Assembly (NCBI GenBank): GCA_029861865.1
Contig: JAOTYL010000001.1
Location: 498,536-562,535, forward strand
DNA length: 64,000 nt
Reading direction: 5' to 3'
DNA from: Myxococcales bacterium
GTDB taxonomy: Bacteria; Myxococcota_A; Polyangia; Polyangiales; Houyiibacteriaceae
Below, piece by piece: positions 1 to 7,321 of this stretch. The translations under genes were made by a program, and so were the position numbers. Position 1 is the first letter of the stretch, and each line of letters starts with the position of its first letter. The notes under the pieces are model-generated. The model made no database searches. It saw only the letters and a list, made by a program, of their open reading frames with translations, and was not told the DNA's origin.

Positions 1-689
1 ATCGCGATGGCTGCGGCGACCGATGCGTTCAGCGAATCCATGGGACCCTCCTGAGGAATGTGAACCACGATATCGCACCGTTGTCGAACCATCCGACGCA
101 GCCCCTTTCCCTCGGAGCCAATCACCAGCACCCGTCCACCGTGGGCAGGCTCGAGGTCGCGGATGCCGATATCCGCCGCCGCATCGAGGCCGATGATTTC
201 CATCCCGGTCTCATGCAACGAGAGGAGGGTTCGCTGGAGGTTGGTGACGCGGGCGATCGCGGCGTGCTCGGTCGCTCCCGCCGAGGCCCGTACGACCGCC
301 GGGGTGATGCCCGCCGCGCGGTGCTTGGGAATCACCAGCCCGTCGAGGCCCAACGTGACCGCGCTTCGGATGATGGCGCCAAGATTCTGTGGATCGGTCA
401 CTTCATCGAGGGCAATGAGAAGCGGGTAGTGACCCGAACGCGCGACTAGCTCCTCGACTTCGAAAAACACATAGGGATCCGCCAGCGCCATGACACCTTG
501 GTGACGCGCGCCCTCGGTGAGCCGATCGAGGTCGGCACGCGGCTTGGTACTGATTGGAACGCCACTCGCTTGCGCGGCCTCAGTTACGTCCGGAAAACGA
601 TTTTCGGACTCCATGATCACGTGGTGGATCTTGGCGTTGCCCCGTAGCGCTTCGAGCACCGGGCGCCGGCCTGCGAGGACGCGACTCAT
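1..689 (-). CDS. rlmB: SpoU/TrmH-family rRNA 2'-O-ribose methyltransferase (RlmB-like); 3' end cut by window edge
   Basis: My own minus-strand translation from ATG 689..687 gives MSRVLAGRRPVLEALRGN...LDEVTDPQNLGAIIRSA...VLVIGSEGKGLRRMVRQRCDIVVHIPQEGPMDSLNASVAAAIA. These are SpoU methylase motifs. The ORF is missing from the track because no stop lies inside the window. Its ATG overlaps the pyrF stop (ATGA). Confidence 0.8.
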   Translation of the reverse strand, partial: MSRVLAGRRPVLEALRGNAKIHHVIMESENRFPDVTEAAQASGVPISTKPRADLDRLTEGARHQGVMALADPYVFFEVEELVARSGHYPLLIALDEVTDPQNLGAIIRSAVTLGLDGLVIPKHRAAGITPAVVRASAGATEHAAIARVTNLQRTLLSLHETGMEIIGLDAAADIGIRDLEPAHGGRVLVIGSEGKGLRRMVRQRCDIVVHIPQEGPMDSLNASVAAAIA

Positions 690-1396
690 GTTCGAAGTGC
701 CAACCCTACTTCTCGCGCCAAAGCCGATGCCGCCGCCGTGACGTCAGTCGCGTCGCGAACCGGCCTTCCGACGACAAGCATATTGGACCCTGACGCGATC
801 GCCGCCGCGGGTGACATGACCCGCCTTTGATCATCGGCGGCAGCGCCTGTCGGACGGATGCCTGGTGTTACCAAGAACGCCTCATCGCCGAGCGAAGCGC
901 GAAGCGCAGCGCATTCTTGTGCGGAAGTGACGAACCCACGAAGACCAGCGTCCCACGCAAGTTTTGCAAGTCTGGTGACCGATGGCTCTACGCCATCGGA
1001 GAAGCCGATGCCTCGCAGGGAGGGTTCGTCCAAGCTGGTGAGAATCGTCACCGCGAGTAACTGCATCGACCCCGCCGACTCACTCGCCGCGACAAGCGCG
1101 TCCTTTCCGGCCGAGCTGTGAACCGTGAGATAGTCGACGCCCATGGCTGCAGCTCGGGCGGCCGATCGGCCCATGGTTGCCGGGATGTCGTGCATTTTCA
1201 GGTCGAGGAAGCACTTCGCTCCCGCGTCGAGCACGACCTCGACAGCGGGTGGACCAACCCCGGTGAAGAGCTCGAGGCCTACCTTGAAAACCCCGATGTG
1301 ATCGCGCGTCTGCTCGACGAGCCGCCTTGCTGCCTCGAGGTCCGGCACGTCGAGCGCAAGCGCGATGTGAGACGCTAGGTCCTGTTTAGCCATCAT
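686..1396 (-). CDS. pyrF: Orotidine 5'-phosphate decarboxylase
   Basis: 236-aa ORF with FLDLKMHDIPATM and LVVGRPV motifs typical of OMP decarboxylase. Confidence 0.9.
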   Translation of the reverse strand: MMAKQDLASHIALALDVPDLEAARRLVEQTRDHIGVFKVGLELFTGVGPPAVEVVLDAGAKCFLDLKMHDIPATMGRSAARAAAMGVDYLTVHSSAGKDALVAASESAGSMQLLAVTILTSLDEPSLRGIGFSDGVEPSVTRLAKLAWDAGLRGFVTSAQECAALRASLGDEAFLVTPGIRPTGAAADDQRRVMSPAAAIASGSNMLVVGRPVRDATDVTAAASALAREVGLALRT

Positions 1397-1422
1397 TCAC
1401 CGGAGCTACGCTACGGTGCGGG

Positions 1423-2157
1423 CTAGAGGCTGTCCAGCCCAGCAAGTGGATCGTCGGTATCCGCTTTGCGTGGCTTCGACCGGCCGCGCCGTGTTCCGGC
1501 CGGCTTGTTCGGTGATGCAGCCCTTCGTGCTGCCGCGGCGGCCTGTGCTTCGCGCTGGGCTTTCTCCGCTAGACGTGCCTTTTCCGCCTCCGCCTCTGCG
1601 CGTTTTTGAGCCTCCAACTCGGCTGCTTCCCGAGCAGCTTCCGCTTCGCGCGCTGCTCGCTCGGCTTCCATCTTGGCTGCGAGGGCTTCCGCCTCTTGCT
1701 GCTCGACGGCCGGCTTGTAGATCCCGAAGTACGAGCCGCCTAGCGCCACGGCAACGAGCACCACGGCTGCCGCCACCAGTCCGGGGTGGACCCCTTTGCG
1801 CTGTTGTGCGCTGATCGCCGCGATCTCTTTCTCGTGCGCCAGCATGCGCTGATGCTCGTCGGCCTTCTCTCTAGCCTCTTGTTCCAATCGTACACGCAGC
1901 TCGGCTTCTTTGCGCTCGCGAAGGGCTTGCTCCTCTTCCTCGCGGGTCCTCCGCTCCTCGGCAGCGCGAGACTCTTCTTGAGCGCGGAGTCGCGCCTCTT
2001 CCTCTTCTTGCTTTCGGCGAGCCTCCTCCGCCAAGCGCTCGCGCTCGGCTGCCTCGCGTTCGAGCCGCTCCTCCTCCTCCTCACGAACCCGGTCTTCTTC
2101 GAGGTTCATGAGCTCTCGAAGGTTGAAGAGAACGGAAGACTCTTTTTCCTCGGACAT
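1423..2157 (-). CDS. Hypothetical single-pass membrane protein with Glu/Arg/Ala-rich coiled-coil segments on both sides of the TM helix
   Basis: ORF 1423..2235. I prefer ATG 2157 (MSEEKESSVLFNLRELMNLEEDR...) because the codons upstream of it are AT-rich and look non-coding. TM helix GLVAAAVVLVAVALGGSYFGIY; basic C-terminal tail. No enzymatic motif seen. Confidence 0.6.
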   Translation of the reverse strand: MSEEKESSVLFNLRELMNLEEDRVREEEEERLEREAAERERLAEEARRKQEEEEARLRAQEESRAAEERRTREEEEQALRERKEAELRVRLEQEAREKADEHQRMLAHEKEIAAISAQQRKGVHPGLVAAAVVLVAVALGGSYFGIYKPAVEQQEAEALAAKMEAERAAREAEAAREAAELEAQKRAEAEAEKARLAEKAQREAQAAAAARRAASPNKPAGTRRGRSKPRKADTDDPLAGLDSL

Positions 2158-2167
2158 GATGATACTT

Positions 2168-2197
2168 ATATTACACTTTTCCGCTGTATTCGGACAA
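2168..2197 (-). promoter_or_regulatory. Candidate sigma70-type promoter (TTGTCC-N18-TAATAT), 10 nt upstream of ATG 2157; near-leaderless
   Basis: Read on the minus strand: cccTTGTCCgaatacagcggaaaagtgTAATATaagtatcatcATG. No purine-rich SD lies between the -10 and the ATG. The block is AT-rich in a GC-rich genome. Confidence 0.3.
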
Positions 2198-2330
2198 GGG
2201 GCCAGCTGACCTTTTCGAGATGAAGACGCTAGCAATCGGCTCGGGCGCCTGTCAAACGAACGGTTTTCTCCGATTTCCGCTCCCGTCGGAATGTCCGGGC
2301 CCGAGCGCGGCCACTCCGCGGGTTTGTGAT

Positions 2331-2360
2331 TTGGTTTACAGCATATTTTACCGTTATTAT
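2331..2360 (+). promoter_or_regulatory. Candidate sigma70-type promoter (TTGGTT-N18-TATTAT), 7 nt upstream of ATG 2368; leaderless-type
   Basis: Sequence is TTGGTTtacagcatattttaccgtTATTATtggaaccATG. No SD is present, and the AT-rich block is atypical for this genome. Confidence 0.3.
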
Positions 2361-2367
2361 TGGAACC

Positions 2368-4116
2368 ATGTCAGGGCTCGAAAACTTCCTCCACTACCTC
2401 GAAAGAGGGGATGTCAGCGAAATTGTCTTTCAAAGCGGGGCGACCGCCGCGGCCAAGCGAAAAGGCCGGCTTCAGCCGGTTACTCGAGAGCCGCTGACCG
2501 CTCAGCACATTCTCAAGTTGGTCGAACAGACGCCTTTGCAGGACCTCGTCCCCCAGGAGGACGGCGCCAGTGCACCAACAGCGACACATATCAACGGAAA
2601 CAAGTACGTTGCGACTGTCGCTCGCTCAGGACAGATGCTGTTGTTGCGGGTCTGGCTTCCCGACCGCCTGTCGGACCCCGTGCCGGTGGCACCGCCCGAT
2701 CCACAGCTCGAACCCGAGTCGACCAAGGTGCCGATCGGAGCGATGCGTCCCGCCAACGGTCAGTGGACGTCGGCGAGACCCCCCGGGCTTCTGCTCGAGT
2801 CGTCGCAAGCTCCACCAGAGATACGCTCCGCGCCGCCGGCTCCACGCATCCCTTCTCATCGCCCGCCGCCGGTTGCGATCAAGTACCCGAACGCTCGGAG
2901 CGTGATTCCGAGACATTCGTATCGCCCGCCACCCGAAGCCTCCCCGTTGGCCGAGTTCGTGCCGGCGGACGTGCCGGCATCGGCGCCTCCCGCGCTCCGT
3001 AAATTGTTGGTGGAGGCTCGCACTGAATCCGCGAGCGATGTTCACATCATGTCTGGGGAACCGGTGCGCTTTCGATGCAATGGCTCGCTGGTTGCGCGAG
3101 GTGCTCCGTTAGATGACGACGAAGCTCGCTCTCTGCTGGCGCCCTTGCTCAACGAGCGCAATGCGCACCAGTTCGAGGAGCTCGGGTACGCGGACTTCGC
3201 CTGCCAGATCGAGGGCGCTGGTCGCTTTCGAGTAAACGCCAACAAACAGCGGAGTGGAATCAAGGGGTGCTTTCGACTGATCATGAACGAGCCCCCAACC
3301 GTCGAGTCTCTCAGTTTGCCGCAGGAGTTACGGCAGATGCTCGACTACCATCAGGGGCTGGTCGTGGTGTCCGGTCCGAGCGGCGCAGGCAAGACGACGA
3401 CACTCGCGGCACTCGTCGACCTGTTCAATGCGGAACGCTCGGTTCACGTCATTACGGTCGAGGACCCTGTCGAGATCATCCATCCGATCAAGAAGGCGAT
3501 CATCAGCCAGCGTGAGGTCGGTTCACATACCAAGAGCTTCCACGCGGCGCTGAAGGGATCCCTACGCGAGGACCCCGATGTCATCGCCATCGGTGAGCTA
3601 CGGGACTGTGAGACGGTCGAGAAAGCGCTCGAGGCGTCGGAGACGGGGCACTTGGTGTTCGCCACGATGAGCACACCTTCGGGCGCGACCACGATCGACC
3701 GTCTGATCGACATGTTTCCACCCGACGATCAATCCCAGGTGCGTGCAACGCTGGCGGGCGCGCTCAAGTTCGTGGTGAGCCAGCGTCTGGTTCCGAAAAA
3801 GGACGGGCACGGCCGCGTGGTTGCAGTCGAGCTCTTGACCGGAAACATGGCGTTGTGGTCACTCATCCGCGACGACAAGCTGTTTCAGTTGCCGAGCCTC
3901 CTTCAGCGCGGCCGCGCATTTGGGATGATCCGCATCGAAGACTCGCTCAACGAGCTGCTCGCCGCCGGCGTGATCACCGAGGAGGTCGCGAAGGCCTACG
4001 CCGACGATCCCCGGGTCATCGGGGCAGGGGCGCCCGTGCCCCAGCCCACCCCGCAAGATCAAGAACGCGCTCGAAAAGGCACCCGCCGCAACCTGTTTTC
4101 CAGGAAGGACAAGTGA
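2368..4116 (+). CDS. PilT-family (T2SSE) ATPase paralog with an extra degenerate N-domain, a Pro-rich linker and an altered His box
   Basis: Walker A GPSGAGKTTT; Walker B/Asp box EDPDVIAIGELRD; His-box region GHLVFATMSTPSGATTIDRL (Ser where the PilT in this window has His). I prefer ATG 2368 (MSGLENFL...) over the track start at 2326. Confidence 0.85.
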   Translation: MSGLENFLHYLERGDVSEIVFQSGATAAAKRKGRLQPVTREPLTAQHILKLVEQTPLQDLVPQEDGASAPTATHINGNKYVATVARSGQMLLLRVWLPDRLSDPVPVAPPDPQLEPESTKVPIGAMRPANGQWTSARPPGLLLESSQAPPEIRSAPPAPRIPSHRPPPVAIKYPNARSVIPRHSYRPPPEASPLAEFVPADVPASAPPALRKLLVEARTESASDVHIMSGEPVRFRCNGSLVARGAPLDDDEARSLLAPLLNERNAHQFEELGYADFACQIEGAGRFRVNANKQRSGIKGCFRLIMNEPPTVESLSLPQELRQMLDYHQGLVVVSGPSGAGKTTTLAALVDLFNAERSVHVITVEDPVEIIHPIKKAIISQREVGSHTKSFHAALKGSLREDPDVIAIGELRDCETVEKALEASETGHLVFATMSTPSGATTIDRLIDMFPPDDQSQVRATLAGALKFVVSQRLVPKKDGHGRVVAVELLTGNMALWSLIRDDKLFQLPSLLQRGRAFGMIRIEDSLNELLAAGVITEEVAKAYADDPRVIGAGAPVPQPTPQDQERARKGTRRNLFSRKDK

Positions 4117-4119
4117 ATC

Positions 4120-5196
4120 ATGCCAGCGCTCGATCGATACTTTGATGTGCTTCTCGACCGCGATGGGTCCGATCTCCACCTCTCGGTAGGCTATCCACCC
4201 ACGATTCGCGTAAAGGGACAGCTGGTCGCAATCGCGCGTCAGCCGCTGGATCGTCCGACCATCACTCGTCTCATGGACGAGCTGCTGGACCAAGATCGGC
4301 TCGAGTACTTTCACGCGTATCACGATCTCGACTTCGCATACGGCTACGAGGACAAGGCGCGCTTTCGCGCAAACTATCTCTACAAGACGACGGGACCGGG
4401 CGCCGTCTTTCGAACCATTCCGCGCGAGATTCTGACGACCGAGCAGTTGGGCCTGCCCGAGGCCGTCGTAGGCCTCGCGGATAGGAGAGCGGGCTTGGTG
4501 CTCGTAACCGGACCGACGGGTAGCGGAAAGAGTACGACGCTTGCCGCCATGCTCGACTACATCAACCGTAAACGCGAGGGACACATCCTCACGATCGAAG
4601 ATCCAGTCGAGTTCGTGCATCGACCGCGCAAATGCCAGATCACCCACCGCGAGGTCGGAGTGCACACACCGAGCTTCGCCGACGCGATTCGAAGCGCTGG
4701 TCGGGAGAACGCGGACGTCATCCTCGTAGGCGAGCTACGAGGGCGTGAGACCATGAAGATGGCCCTTCAGCTAGCTAGCTTCGGGGTGTTGATCTTCGCG
4801 ACGGTTCACACCAACTCGGCGCCCGCAACGATCGACCGTTTCGTCAACGCCTTCCCGGCAAGTCAACAGCCTCAGATTCGAGGTATGCTCGCAGAATCTC
4901 TGGCGGGTATCGTCGCACAGCAACTCCTAAGGAGAGCGGACGGAAGCGGGCGTATCGCGGCCCAGGAGATCCTCATCGGCACGTCGGGGGTATCCTCTGC
5001 AATTCGCGAGGCCAAGACGACCATGCTGCAAAGCTTGATCCAAAGCGGTGGGAGCTACGGGATGCAGAGCATCGACGCAGTCCTCGCCCGACTGGTCGCC
5101 GAGGGCAAGGTGACCGCACAGGACGCCGTCGAGAAAGCCGCCGACAAGGAGACTTTCGCAAGGATCCCAGCGGTAGCAAAGGCACTCGCGGGCTAA
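4120..5196 (+). CDS. PilT/PilU-family ATPase paralog
   Basis: 358 aa. GSDLHLSVGYPPTIRVKG N-domain, Walker A GPTGSGKSTT, ENADVILVGELRG, His box FATVHTNSAPATIDRF. The ATG lies 3 nt after the previous stop. Confidence 0.85.
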   Translation: MPALDRYFDVLLDRDGSDLHLSVGYPPTIRVKGQLVAIARQPLDRPTITRLMDELLDQDRLEYFHAYHDLDFAYGYEDKARFRANYLYKTTGPGAVFRTIPREILTTEQLGLPEAVVGLADRRAGLVLVTGPTGSGKSTTLAAMLDYINRKREGHILTIEDPVEFVHRPRKCQITHREVGVHTPSFADAIRSAGRENADVILVGELRGRETMKMALQLASFGVLIFATVHTNSAPATIDRFVNAFPASQQPQIRGMLAESLAGIVAQQLLRRADGSGRIAAQEILIGTSGVSSAIREAKTTMLQSLIQSGGSYGMQSIDAVLARLVAEGKVTAQDAVEKAADKETFARIPAVAKALAG

Positions 5197-5269
5197 GCAC
5201 TCACGCTGCGTCAACCGGTGACTCGGGCCGCCGCAGTGCCGGCGTCAGTGTCAGCGTTCTCGCGAAGTA

Positions 5270-5437
5270 GGTGACCCGGGCTGTGGCGCGCGGCATGTCC
5301 TCGAACGCGAGTTCCGCAGGCGCCGATCCATCACTCCGAGTCATACACTCGAGAGGGAGTCCACAATGCTGCCCAACATCCCCGCCGAGGATGTCTGAGC
5401 GGGCGAGGGCGTGCCGTGCGCCACAGCCCGGGTCACC
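5270..5437. repeat. 168-bp element bounded by 26-bp inverted repeats (25/26 match), in a convergent intergenic region
   Basis: Left arm 5270-5295 is ggtgacccgggctgtggcgcgcggca. The reverse complement of 5412-5437 is ggtgacccgggctgtggcgcacggca. A further 9-bp pairing joins 5295-5303 to 5386-5394. Confidence 0.7.
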
Positions 5438-5449
5438 GGTATCTGACCG

Positions 5450-7285
5450 CTACTTCACGTCGAAGTTGTAGCGCGCGCCCATTCTCGGGGCGCCGAACGG
5501 CGGGAACCGTACGCTGGCGATCTGTTGGCCCATGCACGTTTGAAAACCGGCGCCGCCTCCCCGTACCGTGGCGCCTAGAACCGAGCCGTTGCCTGCGATT
5601 GCAAGGTCGACTTTCACGTTGCCGAGCTGAGTGCCGCTCTTGACCTCGGGGATCACGCACTTGCTATAGAAGCGGTTGAGGTTGCGATTCATCACGCTGG
5701 CGACCTGGGCGCCGGTGAGCCGACCCTCTCCGCCGCCTTGTGAGGCGTCTCCGATTTCAACCGCCCGGCTCATCGCCTCGTCGTAACTCGCGAACCCGCC
5801 CTGGCTCCGCGGAGCGGCGGCGGAGCCGGAGCCCCTCCTACGGCGCCGAATAGGTCGATCCGGCAGCAGGCCCGCCTCGCCGGTCGGGATGTCCCCGAGC
5901 TTGAAAAGGTCGTCGAGCTCGGTCGAAGACGCCTCCCGGACGTCACTCGAGCGCGACATCAAGAAGCCGCCGACCGACAGCGCGATGACCCCGACGAGAG
6001 AAGCGGCAATCAGCCATTTCGCGGCCGCCGAGCGCTTCTCCGATCTCCGTGCGTGGACCCGTGCGGCGTGGGCTGCCGCCACCTCGTCTTGATGCTCCCG
6101 TTGCAGGATGAACTCGCGGAACTCCGGCCACTCGCGGAGAGGCCTTCGTTCGTTGCTATCCGTGTTGAGCGTCGGGTCGTCTCCCGAAAACCCACCGACG
6201 TTCAGTCGCTCGATGAGCTCGCGCGCGTTGAATGGCCCGTGGTCCATCTTGTCGCGGGCCACCATCCAACGCTGCTTCGTATCCGACGAGAGCTCCTCCA
6301 GGATGGTCTTGAGGTCCGGTCTTGGTGGCGGCGGCGGAGCCAATGGCGCTTGCGGAAGAAGCGAAAACACAGGGATGTCGATGTCCGGTGGTGGCAAGAC
6401 GGAGCTGAGATCGATGTCGAGAGTCACCCCTTCCGAGGGCGGCGGCGGCATCGAGTTGGCCACCTGTACGAAAGGCGTCAGCGCAGTACGCACGGCTTCG
6501 GGCGAGTCGAAGCGGTCTTTCGGGTCGTGCGCGAGGCACCGGAACAGAATGCCGTCCAGCTCGGGCGGGATGTCTTGTCGCAGGTGTGACGGCGCGACAA
6601 ACCCCTTGCCCGGCGAGCGCGTCGTCAGCAGCTCGTAGAGAATCGCGCCAACGCCGAAGACATCGCTCCGAGCCGTCGCTGGTTTGCCTTCTTTGACCTC
6701 TGGGGCGAGGCACGCTTGGTCGCTATCTTGGAACGCGCTCGGACCCACCGCCTCGAGGAGAACCTGTCCGACGCCAAAGTCGCGCACCTTCACTTGGCCC
6801 TCACGCGTGACCCACACCGCGCTCGGGCGAAGGGTTCCATGCGGGCCTTTGTCGTGCGCGTAGCTCAGCGCGCTACACAGATGCGCGACGACGTTGTAAA
6901 TCCCGCGCAGCGAAAGAGGCTCATCTTGGCGGTCGCGTTCCTGGATGAACTCGGACAGCGGAGTCCCGTCGATCCACTCTCCCGCGATGAAGTGCTCTCC
7001 CTTTTCCGTGCAGCCCACACCGAACATCTTGGCGATGTTGTTATGGGATAGGGCGGCCGCCATCCGGCATGCCTCCCGAAAATCAGAAGCGGCTTGCGGT
7101 GGCACTAGGTCCGGCCGAAGCACGTGGACGAGAATGTCTCGCTTGGTCTGGCGATCCTTCGCCGACCACACCACGGCCTGCGGGTCTTCGTCGACCCGAT
7201 CGACGACCTCGAACCTTCCCCCTACCACGGCTCCCGGCTGTAAACCCGAGAGCTCGGGCGCTGTCGATGCGATCCCCTCAGGCAT
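5450..7285 (-). CDS. Hanks-type pseudokinase with GYF-like region, TM helix and AgmX/PglI-like (TonB-C-like) C-terminal domain
   Basis: The kinase fold is recognisable (DFG, APE, DPKDRF). The Gly loop is absent (VDEDPQA), the beta3 Lys is replaced (ILVHVL), and HRDLKPxN reads PHGTLRPSAV. TM helix WLIAASLVGVIALSVGGFLM. Tail: FYSKCV...GNVKVDLAIAGNGSV...FQTCM...VRFPPF. Confidence 0.8.
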   Translation of the reverse strand: MPEGIASTAPELSGLQPGAVVGGRFEVVDRVDEDPQAVVWSAKDRQTKRDILVHVLRPDLVPPQAASDFREACRMAAALSHNNIAKMFGVGCTEKGEHFIAGEWIDGTPLSEFIQERDRQDEPLSLRGIYNVVAHLCSALSYAHDKGPHGTLRPSAVWVTREGQVKVRDFGVGQVLLEAVGPSAFQDSDQACLAPEVKEGKPATARSDVFGVGAILYELLTTRSPGKGFVAPSHLRQDIPPELDGILFRCLAHDPKDRFDSPEAVRTALTPFVQVANSMPPPPSEGVTLDIDLSSVLPPPDIDIPVFSLLPQAPLAPPPPPRPDLKTILEELSSDTKQRWMVARDKMDHGPFNARELIERLNVGGFSGDDPTLNTDSNERRPLREWPEFREFILQREHQDEVAAAHAARVHARRSEKRSAAAKWLIAASLVGVIALSVGGFLMSRSSDVREASSTELDDLFKLGDIPTGEAGLLPDRPIRRRRRGSGSAAAPRSQGGFASYDEAMSRAVEIGDASQGGGEGRLTGAQVASVMNRNLNRFYSKCVIPEVKSGTQLGNVKVDLAIAGNGSVLGATVRGGGAGFQTCMGQQIASVRFPPFGAPRMGARYNFDVK

Positions 7286-7321
7286 CTACCGTTCCAACAT
7301 AGACGACGCGCGGGCCGGGAT

